From Microbacterium hydrocarbonoxydans (GTDB lineage Bacteria > Actinomycetota > Actinomycetes > Actinomycetales > Microbacteriaceae): DNA of 64,000 bases. The translations under genes were made by a program, and so were the position numbers. Shown one piece after another: positions 1 to 9,303 of the stretch. How positions within the stretch are numbered: position 1 is the stretch's first letter; the number at the start of each line of letters is the position of its first letter. The stretch lies in NCBI GenBank assembly GCA_040395495.1, contig JBEBQG010000015.1, forward strand, positions 391 through 64,390, written 5' to 3'. The notes beneath the pieces are model-generated. The model was not told the origin of the DNA. It was given only the letters and a program-made list of their open reading frames with translations, and ran no database searches.

Positions 1-2
1 CG

Positions 3-2507
3 GTCGCCCTGTGGGCGCAGTCGGTGGCCGAAGGGGTGTGGGTCACGCTCGACGAGCCGGCCACGGTTCGTCGAGCCTTCTGGGAGCGGGTGCTGTCGTC
101 CATGGCGGACGCCGCGATCGCGACCGGCTCCGTGGACATGGGAGAGGTCGTGCGCTCGGTACCCACGACCTCGGATCTCACCGGAGCGTTGCGCCGGGTC
201 GCCGCGGCGTTGGAACGCCCGTTCGTGCTCGTGCTGGATCGCTTCGGCCTCGTCGACGACGACCAGATCGGTCGAGACATCCTCGTACTGCTCGCCCACG
301 CGGCCGATCTTCGCGTCGTCGTCCTCACGAGGAAGCCGGGGCTGCTCACCGGGCCGGGTGCCGGGCTCCTCGTCGACCGCCTCGTCGTCGGCCACGCAGA
401 TCTCGCGTTCTCGCCCGAGGAGACGGCGGCGGCGCTCCGCGCCGCCGATGTGACGGTCGGCGCGCCCGTGGCCGCGCAACTGCACGAGGTGCTCGACGGC
501 AACCCACTTGCAGTGCGTGCCGCGGCGACAGCCATCGGGAGGCGCCCGGCGGAGACGGTTCGGGCGCTCACGAGGAAGCATCTGGTGGACGACCTCGCAG
601 GCTATTTCGGTTCGGTCCTGCTGGATGCATACGCGGGAACCGACTACCTGAACTTCCTCACGCGGATCTCCGTGGCGGACGGGGTGACCGTCTCACTCGC
701 GGCGGTGCTCGGCGGCACGGACCTCAACGGGGCTGCCGTACATCTGGCGACCGCCGAGAAGCACGGGTTCGGCACGTGGGCCGATCTGCGTGTCAGAGAC
801 ACGGATGAGCCGGGCTTCCGCCTGTCGACGATCATCCGCAGCGTGCTCGGGGAGCAACTGCGCACGACAGCGCCCCGGCTGCTGCGGGAGCTCCGACTCT
901 CGTATGCGGCCTGGTGCTATCGCAACGCGGATCCGTTCACGGCGATCCTCGAGTCCGTACGCGCGGGGGATCTCGAGCTCGCGGCACGGGCGCTGAGATC
1001 GTGCGCGCTCACGATCGGCTATCTGCACGGCGACGCTCTCATGAGCATGCTGGAGGATGTCCCGCTGGCGGCGTTGAGACGCCATCCCGGCCTTCTTGCG
1101 TTCGTTGCCACCAACCTGAACGCGGTGGACGAGACTCGCCAGCGCGGACTCGAGTGGTTCCGTATGACGGCGAAGGCATGCAGGGCGCGAGCGCGGACGA
1201 CGCATGACGACGAGGCGCAGGCGTTCGCGCTGGCGGTGACGGAGGCGGTCTCGTCCCGGATGACCGGACAGTATCGCGCGGCCACGGTCGCGACCGATCG
1301 CGCGATGGAGATCTTCCGCGGATTGTCCCTCGAGGAACGGGCCGAGCTCGGTGCGGGAACGACCCAGTTGCTCTCCCTTGCCGGCAGCACGTATTGGTAC
1401 ACCGGGCAGACACGCCAGGCGACACGGGTGTTCCAGGACGCCTATGCATCCGGCAGGGGCAGTCGGCTCGACGAGTGCATCGCGGTGCCCCTTCTCGCCG
1501 GCGTATACGCGATGGCGGGGGATATGCCCCGTGCGTCGGACTACATCAGCAGGGCGCGTGCCCTCGACTGGCCACCCGAGCAGCGCGACGACTTCTTCGG
1601 CGGTCCGTTCCATCTCGCCGCGGCCGTCGCGGCTCTCGAAGAGTTCGATATCTCAACCGCCCAAGAGCATATCGACGCCGTCGAGCACACCTTCATCTCG
1701 TACGAGTTCTGGGCGCTCTTCGCCCCCGTGCAGGCGTTCGTGCATGCCGCGGCCGGCAGGTCGCGTGAAGGACTGCGATCACTCCGCGAAGCGCTCGTCG
1801 CCGGTGCTCGCCCCGCGACGTCGCCGCGACTCGTCGCGAGCATGAACGCATGGCGGGTCCTCCTGCATCTCGCCTCCGGAGACGTGTCGGCCGCCGCCGA
1901 GAACGCACGACGTCTCACCGGCGACAGCGCGGACGAGATGATCGCCCGGTCGCTTCTCGCGCTGATATCCGGGGAACCGAGCCACGCGCTTCATCGTGCG
2001 GGGGGAGCGGCGTCGCCGGACGGGGCCGATGGGGGACTGGATCCGAGGCAGGATGCGACGCTCGCGCTGATCCGTGCCGCGGCAGCGACGCGTCTGGGGG
2101 ATCTGCCGCTCGCGCGCGAGAATCTCGACAGCGCTGCGGGGCTGATGGCCGGCTTCAGGCTGCGGACGCCGCTCGCCTTCCTGCCCTCCTCTGACCGCGC
2201 GGCCCTCCGGGAGCTGGCCGTCGCCGACGGCGATTCCGCGGCGGCGGCGATCCTCGGCGAGGAGAACGCGGTACCCGACATGTTCCCCGCACAGATCCGT
2301 CCGATCCTCCTCACTCCGCGGGAACGGCGGCTCCTGCACCGCCTGGCGACCGGGTCGTCGACGATCACGCAGATCGCCGCCGATCTGAACGTGTCGCCGA
2401 AGACGCTCCGAAACCAGCGCACGGGGCTGTATCGCAAGCTGGGCGCCACCAGCCGAGAGGATGCGGTGCGCGTGGCTCGACGGCACCGCCTTCTCGGCGG
2501 TCCCTGA
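3..2507 (+). CDS. LuxR-family transcriptional regulator, large MalT/LAL-like type; 5' end cut by window edge
   Basis: The frame is open from the first bases of the window, and the GTG at 24 is only the first in-frame start. Long helical repeat body. C-terminal LuxR HTH LTPRERRLLHRLATGSSTITQIAADLNVSPKTLRNQRTGLYRKLG. TGA at 2505-2507. Confidence 0.8.
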   Translation, partial: VALWAQSVAEGVWVTLDEPATVRRAFWERVLSSMADAAIATGSVDMGEVVRSVPTTSDLTGALRRVAAALERPFVLVLDRFGLVDDDQIGRDILVLLAHAADLRVVVLTRKPGLLTGPGAGLLVDRLVVGHADLAFSPEETAAALRAADVTVGAPVAAQLHEVLDGNPLAVRAAATAIGRRPAETVRALTRKHLVDDLAGYFGSVLLDAYAGTDYLNFLTRISVADGVTVSLAAVLGGTDLNGAAVHLATAEKHGFGTWADLRVRDTDEPGFRLSTIIRSVLGEQLRTTAPRLLRELRLSYAAWCYRNADPFTAILESVRAGDLELAARALRSCALTIGYLHGDALMSMLEDVPLAALRRHPGLLAFVATNLNAVDETRQRGLEWFRMTAKACRARARTTHDDEAQAFALAVTEAVSSRMTGQYRAATVATDRAMEIFRGLSLEERAELGAGTTQLLSLAGSTYWYTGQTRQATRVFQDAYASGRGSRLDECIAVPLLAGVYAMAGDMPRASDYISRARALDWPPEQRDDFFGGPFHLAAAVAALEEFDISTAQEHIDAVEHTFISYEFWALFAPVQAFVHAAAGRSREGLRSLREALVAGARPATSPRLVASMNAWRVLLHLASGDVSAAAENARRLTGDSADEMIARSLLALISGEPSHALHRAGGAASPDGADGGLDPRQDATLALIRAAAATRLGDLPLARENLDSAAGLMAGFRLRTPLAFLPSSDRAALRELAVADGDSAAAAILGEENAVPDMFPAQIRPILLTPRERRLLHRLATGSSTITQIAADLNVSPKTLRNQRTGLYRKLGATSREDAVRVARRHRLLGGP

Positions 2508-2519
2508 GGCGTCGACCGC

Positions 2520-3869
2520 TCACACCGACACCGGTGACGGCGCCCTGCGATCTCGGAGTTCCGCGGTGATCTGCGGCATGCTCGCGTCCAGACGGTAGAG
2601 CACGAGGAGGCCGGCGCCGGCGCCGAGGCTGAGGATCGGGAAGCCGTAGTAGCACCACAGGACGGCCGACATCGTGCTCTCGGATTGCACCGCGGCTCCC
2701 GCGGCGTAGCCGGCTGCACCGAGAAGCCAGCCGGTGAGGGCGCCGCCGATCGCGATCCCGATCTTCACGAACAGGGTCGCCAGTGCGCTGATCATGCCTT
2801 CCGCCCGCGCCCCGGTGCTCCATTCGCCGAAGTCGATGACGTCGGCCAGCATCGCGAAGAGGGTGCTCAGTTGCATCCCCGAGGCCGCTGCCGCCAGTGC
2901 GACGGAGATGACGGCGACCGCGGCATTCGTCTGAAAAGGGATCGCCAGGGCGATGGCCGACGCCTGGGCGAGCGCTCCGACGAACAGCGTGTTGCGTTTG
3001 CCCAGGCGTCGCGAGGCGGGTATCGACAGGAGTAGTCCGACGAACAGCGTCCCCTGCACCAGGCTCATGACGGGGATCAGATCGGCACGTCCCAGATAGT
3101 CGCGGATGAAGTACACCGAGGCACTCAGGCGAGCGGCGGTGCCGAGATTGACCATCAGCACGAACGCCAGGCCCACGAGCAGAGGCACGGACGGGCGCAG
3201 CCTCGTGCGCCGTGTCGAATCCGCGGGAGGGAACTCCGAGGCGCTGCGCTCCCGAAGGGTCGCGAAGCCGAGAAGCAGGCACAGCGCGGCGAAGGCTCCC
3301 AGCAGCGCGAGGGTGCTTCGGAACCCGGCGGCCTGATCGCCTCGGCCGAGGAGCCCGACGAGCGGAAGGAGCGCGGCCCCGCCGAGGATCGAGCCGAGAG
3401 CGTTCCCCATGTTCTTCCATACGCTCAGCCGCATCCGTTCGTCCTCGGCATCTGACAGCCGGGCGAGGATGGAGACCAGAGGGACACTCGCCAGCGAGTA
3501 CACGATGCACAGCCCCAGGTAGGTCGCGTAGGCCCAGGCGAGCCGACCGGGCTCGGACCAGTCCGGAGTGGAGAACGCGAGCACGGCCAGTGCGCCCAAG
3601 GGGACGCTCGTCCACAGCAGGTAGGGGCGAGACCGGCCCCATCGGGTGCGGGTGCGGTCGATCGCGGCCCCGATCAGGGGGTCGACGGCCGCGTCCACCA
3701 GCCGTACCACGAGGAACATAGTCCCCACCGCCGCGGCAGGGAACTGGGCCACGTCGGTGTAGAAGACGATGAGGTAGCCCGCGGCGACCGACCAGATCAG
3801 CGAGACGGCGCCGTCGGCGGCCGAGTACCCGACGCGCGACGAGAGACGGGCAAACACGGGCTCGGGCAC
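2520..3869 (-). CDS. MFS transporter of the glycoside-pentoside-hexuronide (GPH):cation symporter type
   Basis: 449 aa with about 12 hydrophobic segments. The N-terminus (GYSAADGAVSLIWSVAAGYLIVFYTDV...LVVRLVDAAVDPLIGAAIDRTRTRWGRSRPYLLW) is typical of MelB/GPH carriers. GTG start at 3869. Confidence 0.8.
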   Translation of the reverse strand: MPEPVFARLSSRVGYSAADGAVSLIWSVAAGYLIVFYTDVAQFPAAAVGTMFLVVRLVDAAVDPLIGAAIDRTRTRWGRSRPYLLWTSVPLGALAVLAFSTPDWSEPGRLAWAYATYLGLCIVYSLASVPLVSILARLSDAEDERMRLSVWKNMGNALGSILGGAALLPLVGLLGRGDQAAGFRSTLALLGAFAALCLLLGFATLRERSASEFPPADSTRRTRLRPSVPLLVGLAFVLMVNLGTAARLSASVYFIRDYLGRADLIPVMSLVQGTLFVGLLLSIPASRRLGKRNTLFVGALAQASAIALAIPFQTNAAVAVISVALAAAASGMQLSTLFAMLADVIDFGEWSTGARAEGMISALATLFVKIGIAIGGALTGWLLGAAGYAAGAAVQSESTMSAVLWCYYGFPILSLGAGAGLLVLYRLDASMPQITAELRDRRAPSPVSV

Positions 3870-4042
3870 GGATCCGAGTGTCCCACAGCGCGGGACGTCC
3901 GGGACGTCATGACGTCGGGTGCGCCCGTCGTGATGCGTCCGCGGACGACGACCAGCAGGGCGTTGCCGGTCGCGATGACGACGACGTTGCCGAGGCTCGC
4001 GATCGGTTTGACCGGCAACGCGTGTTCCGCCAGGATCGTGTG

Positions 4043-4504
4043 ATGCCCGAGAAGCCGCGACGCATCACGCTCCGAACGGCCGATGTCCCGGCCGACTTCC
4101 CCCGCCTCGTCGAGATCTGGCGAAGCGCCGTCACGGCGACACACGATTTCCTCGCCGAGGAGGACTTCGATCGCATCGAGAACAACCTCGCCTCGGCCTA
4201 TTTCCCCGCGGTGGATCTTCTCGTCGCCGAGGTCGATGGGGTCGCGGTCGGATTCGCAGGAGTCGCGGACGGCAACCTCGAGATGCTGTTCGTCTCGGAC
4301 GAGTCCCGCGGCACCGGGGTGGGCACGCTGCTGCTCCGTGAAGCGATCGCCGATAGAGGAGTCGTCAGGGTCGACGTCAACGAGCAGAACGTCAGCGGCA
4401 TCGGCTTCTACCTCAGCCGTGGCTTCGTCCAGGTGGGACGCAGCGAACTCGACGGGGATGGTCGTCCCTACCCGATCCTCCATCTGGCGTTGCCCACCCC
4501 ATAG
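4043..4504 (+). CDS. GNAT family N-acetyltransferase
   Basis: Start trimmed from the 3878 ORF to the ATG at 4043 (MPEKPRRITL). Acetyl-CoA motif region VAVGFAGVADGNLEMLFVSDESRGTGVGTLLL...GIGFYLSRGF. Confidence 0.75.
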   Translation: MPEKPRRITLRTADVPADFPRLVEIWRSAVTATHDFLAEEDFDRIENNLASAYFPAVDLLVAEVDGVAVGFAGVADGNLEMLFVSDESRGTGVGTLLLREAIADRGVVRVDVNEQNVSGIGFYLSRGFVQVGRSELDGDGRPYPILHLALPTP

Positions 4505-4563
4505 CGGGAGCGGCCTACCGTCACACGCCGTCACAGGGAAATACGCTGCGGGGCGGCGAGGTT

Positions 4564-5526
4564 ATGGCGATCATGACCCGCATCGGATCCAGTGACCTCG
4601 ACGTCTTCCCCCTCTCGCTCGGCGGCAACGTGTTCGGCTGGACCGCCGATCGCGACGCCTCGTTCGCCGTGCTCGACGTGTTCGTCGACGGAGGCGGCGA
4701 CTTCATCGACACCGCCGACGCCTACAGCGCCTGGGTGCCGGGGAACCACGGCGGCGAGAGCGAGACGATCATCGGCGAGTGGCTCGCCTCCCGCAAGCCG
4801 TCCGGCGTGGTCGTCGCCACCAAGGTCAGCCAGCATCCGGAGTTCCGCGGTCTGTCCGCGGCGAACGTTCGGGCCGCGGCCGAGGCGTCGCTGACCCGGC
4901 TCGGTGTGGACGCCATCGACCTCTACTACGCGCACTTCGACGATGAGACGGTCCCGCTCGAGGAGACCGTCGCGGCCTTCGGGCAGCTCGTCGCAGACGG
5001 CCTCGTCCGTCACGTCGCGGTGTCGAATTACACGGCCGCGCGCATCCGGGAGTGGGTCGGCATCGCCGATCGGCTGGCACTCCCGCGACCGGTCGCGGTG
5101 CAGCCCCACTACAACCTCGTGCACCGCAACGTGGTCGAGGAGGAGATCATCCCCGTGGCCGAGGAGTTCGGGCTCGGACTCGTGCCGTACTACTCCCTCG
5201 CAAGCGGCTTCCTCACGGGCAAGTACCGCTTGACCGACGCGTCGGGGGAGGGATCGCCGCGTGCGGGAGCCGCGGCGAAGTACGCCACGGACGCGGGCCT
5301 GCGCATCATCGACGCGCTGGAGGAGATCGGCGGGGCGCACGGCGCCTCCGTCGCGGCTACCTCGCTCGCCTGGCTGCGCGCGCAGCCCACGGTGGTCGCT
5401 CCGATCGCGAGCGCGCGCACCGTGGAGCAGGTGCCCGATCTCCTCGCCGGGGCCCGGCTCACGCTTACGCCCGAGGAGGTCGAGCGCCTGAACCTCGTGT
5501 CGGAATGGACGCCCGCGACGGCCTGA
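4564..5526 (+). CDS. aldo/keto reductase family oxidoreductase
   Basis: AKR signatures are present: GGNVFGW, FIDTADAYS...GESETIIGEW, and LYYAHFDDETVPLEETV...VSNY. Confidence 0.85.
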   Translation: MAIMTRIGSSDLDVFPLSLGGNVFGWTADRDASFAVLDVFVDGGGDFIDTADAYSAWVPGNHGGESETIIGEWLASRKPSGVVVATKVSQHPEFRGLSAANVRAAAEASLTRLGVDAIDLYYAHFDDETVPLEETVAAFGQLVADGLVRHVAVSNYTAARIREWVGIADRLALPRPVAVQPHYNLVHRNVVEEEIIPVAEEFGLGLVPYYSLASGFLTGKYRLTDASGEGSPRAGAAAKYATDAGLRIIDALEEIGGAHGASVAATSLAWLRAQPTVVAPIASARTVEQVPDLLAGARLTLTPEEVERLNLVSEWTPATA

Positions 5527-5556
5527 GGCCCGGGTCGGAGCTCGTCCGAGCCCGCT

Positions 5557-6246
5557 TCAGACCTCGGATCCCGGCCCCTCGTCGACGAGACCGAGGCGAT
5601 GGGCCAGGATCACTGCGTGGATGCGATCGCGGGCGGAGAGCTTGGCGAGCACGCGTCCGACGTGCGTCTTGACCGTGGACTCGCTCACGAAGAGCTCCTC
5701 GCCGATCTCCGCGTTGGTGAGTCCGCGCGCCATGGCGAGGAACACCTCCGACTCGCGTTCGGTGAGCACGTCGACGACGCCCCGGGCGCCGGGATCAGGG
5801 GTCGTGGTCGCCCCCAGCGTCGGCGCGACGTGGTCGAGCAGCATCCGTGTGATCCGCGGGGAGAGGGCCGCGTCTCCCCGGTGCACCGCGCGCAGCGCCG
5901 ACAGCATCTCATGGCGCTGCGCGTCCTTGAGCAGGAACCCGCTCGCGCCGGCGCGGATCGCGCCGAACGCGTACTCATCGAGGTCGAAGGTGGTCAGCAC
6001 GACCACGCGGGTGCCCGGATGCTCGTGCACGATCGCCTCGGTCGCCGCGATGCCGTCGAGCCCGGGCATCCGGATGTCCATCAGGACGATGTCGGGCCGC
6101 AGCATCGCCGTCTGCGCGATCGCGGCATGCCCGTCGCCGGCCTCGCCGACGACGACCAGGTCGTCTTCCGCTTCGAGGACCATCCGGAACCCGAGCCGGA
6201 TCAGCTCCTGGTCGTCGACCAGCAGCACCCTGATCTGATCCGTCAT
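5557..6246 (-). CDS. two-component response regulator, NarL/LuxR family
   Basis: Real start MTDQIRVLLVDDQELIRLGF at the ATG at 6246. The upstream part of the 564-aa ORF overlaps the kinase gene. REC domain with DIVLMDIRMPGLDG; C-terminal LuxR HTH LTERESEVFLAMARGLTNAEIGEELFVSESTVKTHV. Confidence 0.9.
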   Translation of the reverse strand: MTDQIRVLLVDDQELIRLGFRMVLEAEDDLVVVGEAGDGHAAIAQTAMLRPDIVLMDIRMPGLDGIAATEAIVHEHPGTRVVVLTTFDLDEYAFGAIRAGASGFLLKDAQRHEMLSALRAVHRGDAALSPRITRMLLDHVAPTLGATTTPDPGARGVVDVLTERESEVFLAMARGLTNAEIGEELFVSESTVKTHVGRVLAKLSARDRIHAVILAHRLGLVDEGPGSEV

Positions 6247-7487
6247 GACTTCTCCTCCGTCTCGCCGAGCGGGATGACGGCGCGCAACCGCCACCGCGAT
6301 CCGTCCCGACCGTAGTCGATGCGTCCGCGCGCGTGGGTGACGCGTTCGGTCAGGCCCCGGAGACCGAAACCGGAGGATCCGGTCTGGGCCCTGACCCCGT
6401 CGTTGACGATCTCGATCACGATCTCCGACGGCGACGATCTGTCCAGCCGGACGGCGATCGTGTTGGCGGTCGGTGCGTGGCGCATGGCGTTCGTCACGCC
6501 CTCTTGGACGATGCGCGACACCGCGTGCTCGACCACGGGGCTCAGTGCCGCGTCTCCGATCGTCGACAGGGTCACCGGGAACCCGGCACGCTGCGCGTTC
6601 TCCACCGTCTCGTGCGGCGTCGGGGGAGCCATCGGAGCGAGGGGGAGAGGGGCGTCGTCGTCGCGGAGCACTCCGAGCATCGACCGCATCTCGCCGAGAG
6701 CCGACCGCGCCGTGGCAGCGGCGGCTCCGGCGGCCGACCTCGCGCGTTCGGCATTCTGGGTGGCGACCGCCCCCTCGGAGAGCGCCACGATCACCGTCAG
6801 GGAGTGCGACACGATGTCGTGCATCTCGCGGGCGATCCTGGCGCGCTCTCCGGCCGCGGCGAGCTGCGCCTGCTGATCGCGCTCGATGAGCAACTGCCGG
6901 GAGCGGTCGATGATGGCCGCCACGTACCGCTTGCGACCGCCGACGTTGATGCCGATGAGCGTGCCGATGAGTCCTACCACGAGGTTGCCGACGACCGCGT
7001 TCGCGGCGGTCTGGAGCGAGATGATCCCCGCGCCCATGAGCCCGCCGGCCAGGATCGCGATCGACGCGATGCCGATGCCGAGCCCGGCCCAGGCCGCGCG
7101 GGTGGAGGCGTAGACCGCGAGCGAGTAGGCGGCGACGGTCAGCATCGGAGTGCCGCCGGGCCCGCCGAGCGCGAGCAGGAACAGCTCGGCGGCGAAGGCG
7201 GCGACGAACGGAACGTACGGATGCCGGCGGCGCACGAGCAGCGTTCCGCACGCGACGAGCACCGAGAGGGGGATGAGGACTCCGACGGCGACCGCGACGG
7301 GGAAGGGCAGGTCTTCGCCGGGGCCGCGGGCGGGTGCCAGCGACAGCAGAAGGCAGACCAGCATGATGAGGATGTCCGCGAAGAGCGGATGCCGTGCCCA
7401 GAACCGCCGGAACATCCCCGGGGGACGCGGCAGCCGCAGCTCGTCGTCCTCGCGGACGGCGTCGCTGCGGCTGCGCGTCTTGATCAC
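6243..7487 (-). CDS. sensor histidine kinase (HisKA_3 type, NarL-family partner)
   Basis: N-terminal membrane segments. H-box RARIAREMHDIVSHSLTVIV and an HATPase region. 4-nt ATGA overlap with the regulator gene. GTG start at 7487. Confidence 0.85.
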   Translation of the reverse strand: MIKTRSRSDAVREDDELRLPRPPGMFRRFWARHPLFADILIMLVCLLLSLAPARGPGEDLPFPVAVAVGVLIPLSVLVACGTLLVRRRHPYVPFVAAFAAELFLLALGGPGGTPMLTVAAYSLAVYASTRAAWAGLGIGIASIAILAGGLMGAGIISLQTAANAVVGNLVVGLIGTLIGINVGGRKRYVAAIIDRSRQLLIERDQQAQLAAAGERARIAREMHDIVSHSLTVIVALSEGAVATQNAERARSAAGAAAATARSALGEMRSMLGVLRDDDAPLPLAPMAPPTPHETVENAQRAGFPVTLSTIGDAALSPVVEHAVSRIVQEGVTNAMRHAPTANTIAVRLDRSSPSEIVIEIVNDGVRAQTGSSGFGLRGLTERVTHARGRIDYGRDGSRWRLRAVIPLGETEEKS

Positions 7488-7496
7488 GGAGCGACT

Positions 7497-8300
7497 CTAC
7501 GCGTCACGCGTGCGCAGGACCGCCCAGGCGCCGAGCATCGCCGCGACGACCCACGCGCCGAGTGTGAGGTAGGCGACGGGCTCGTCGAGACCGGAGCCGG
7601 GGACGATCAGGCTCTGCGCCGCGGACACCGGCAGGTACGTGGTCGCATCGAGGACCCACTGCCAGGACTCGCCGAAGAGCGCGAACATGTTGGCGACCAG
7701 CGGCAGCACGAACAGGAGTCCGACGGTGGCCGCGATCGCTCCGGCTCCGGAGCGCAGGATGAAGCCGAACGCCACGCCGATCAGTGCGAACACGGCCATG
7801 GCCAGCGATGCGATGAGGATCGGCAGGAACGACGCCTCCGGGTCGCTCCAGTCGATGGACTGATCGCGCGGGGCGACGATGAGCGTCACCGCGAGAGCGG
7901 CCATGCCGAAGATGATCACGGACGACACGAACATGAACACGGCGACGACGATGGTCTTGGCCGCCAGCACCGAGCCGCGCACCGGGTTGGCGGTGAGCGT
8001 GGAGCGGATCATGCCGGTCGAGTACTCGCCCGTCACGGAGATCGCGCCCAGGATGCCGGCGAGCAGCATCGTGAACTGGATCGGCATGACCACGGCCTGG
8101 ATGGGGTCGAACCCGGGGAGGTCGACGGCCTGCGCGATGAGCGCGGCGATCCCGATCGTGAGGACCGCGACGATCGCGATCGACCACCAGGTCGAGCGGA
8201 GGGTGGAGAGCTTGATCCACTCGCCGCGCACGGCGGAGGGGAAGGTCAGGCGATGCCCGGGCGAGGTGCGGACGGGAGCCTGTGCTGCCTGGACGGTCAT
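7497..8300 (-). CDS. ABC-2 type transporter permease
   Basis: Start MTVQAAQAPV at 8300, overlapping the ATPase stop (ATGA). About six hydrophobic segments; EWIKLSTLRSTWWSIAI is typical of ABC-2 permeases. Confidence 0.8.
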   Translation of the reverse strand: MTVQAAQAPVRTSPGHRLTFPSAVRGEWIKLSTLRSTWWSIAIVAVLTIGIAALIAQAVDLPGFDPIQAVVMPIQFTMLLAGILGAISVTGEYSTGMIRSTLTANPVRGSVLAAKTIVVAVFMFVSSVIIFGMAALAVTLIVAPRDQSIDWSDPEASFLPILIASLAMAVFALIGVAFGFILRSGAGAIAATVGLLFVLPLVANMFALFGESWQWVLDATTYLPVSAAQSLIVPGSGLDEPVAYLTLGAWVVAAMLGAWAVLRTRDA

Positions 8301-9208
8301 GAGATCTCCTTGGTGCGGTATTCGACGGCGTCGCCGGTGAGGGCGAGGTAGGCGTCCTCCAGGGAGCCGGTGGTCGGGGTCAGCTCGTGCAGCGGGATGC
8401 CGCGATCGGCGGCCAGGTCTCCGATGCGAGCGGCGGGGAGACCGACCACGTCGAGCAGGTCGGGCTGGATGCTGACGATCTCGACCTCGGGACCCGCCAC
8501 CGCGGCGGCGAGGTCCGCGGCGCGCGGGGTGCGGACGCGGACGGTGTTGCGGGTCCACGCCCGCACCAGCTCCTCGAGCGGGGCATCGGCGAGCACCTGG
8601 CCCCTGCCCATCACGATGACGTGGTCGGCGGTCTGCGCCATCTCGCTCATCAGGTGGCTGGAGAGGAGGACGGTGCGTCCCTCCGAGGCCGCGTGACGGA
8701 CGAACTGGCGTACCCATCGCACGCCCTCGGGGTCGAGCCCGTTGACCGGCTCGTCGAGGATCAGCGTGTGCGGGTCGCCCAACAGGGCCGATGCGATGCC
8801 GAGGCGCTGCCCCATGCCCAGGGAGAACTTGCCCGCGCGCTTGCGGGCCACCGCTCCGATGCCGGCGAGATCGATGACCTCGTCGACGCGGGAGGCGGGG
8901 ATGCCGTGCGTCGCCGCCATGGCGCGCAGGTGGTTGCGCGCCGTACGCCCGGTGTGCACGGCCTTGGCGTCGAGCAGCACGCCGACCTCGGTGAGCGGCG
9001 CGGTGAGCTTGCGATACTCCCGACCGGCGACGGTCGCTCGCCCCGAGGTGGGGCGGTCGAGACCGACGATCAGTCGCATGGTGGTCGACTTGCCGGCGCC
9101 GTTGGGGCCGAGGAACCCCGTGACGGTTCCCGGCTTGACCGTGAACGACACGTCCTGGACGGCCGTCTTGTCCCCGAATCTCTTCGTGAGTCCCTCTGCA
9201 GTGATCAT
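8297..9208 (-). CDS. ABC transporter ATP-binding protein
   Basis: Walker A GPNGAGKST, signature FSLGMGQRLG, Walker B LILDEPVNGLD. Confidence 0.9.
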   Translation of the reverse strand: MITAEGLTKRFGDKTAVQDVSFTVKPGTVTGFLGPNGAGKSTTMRLIVGLDRPTSGRATVAGREYRKLTAPLTEVGVLLDAKAVHTGRTARNHLRAMAATHGIPASRVDEVIDLAGIGAVARKRAGKFSLGMGQRLGIASALLGDPHTLILDEPVNGLDPEGVRWVRQFVRHAASEGRTVLLSSHLMSEMAQTADHVIVMGRGQVLADAPLEELVRAWTRNTVRVRTPRAADLAAAVAGPEVEIVSIQPDLLDVVGLPAARIGDLAADRGIPLHELTPTTGSLEDAYLALTGDAVEYRTKEIS

Positions 9209-9303
9209 GCCTCCACGCTATGCGGCGGCACCAGGAGGCCGCGTCCTCCGGAGGTACCGTCCTCGCGGCGGGAGGGTGGCACCCGGGGCCCACCTCCCGT
9301 CGC

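Noticed and set aside
5557-7251. Long 5' extensions of real genes in the ORF track. Examples are the 564-aa form of the NarL-type regulator, 38754..39647, 39101..41008, 40579..41901, 14422..15879, 26527..27177 and 50819..51496.
   Set aside because: The extensions overlap the upstream gene in another frame and are Arg/Pro-rich. Internal starts with an RBS or 4-nt stop/start overlaps give proteins of the family-typical length.
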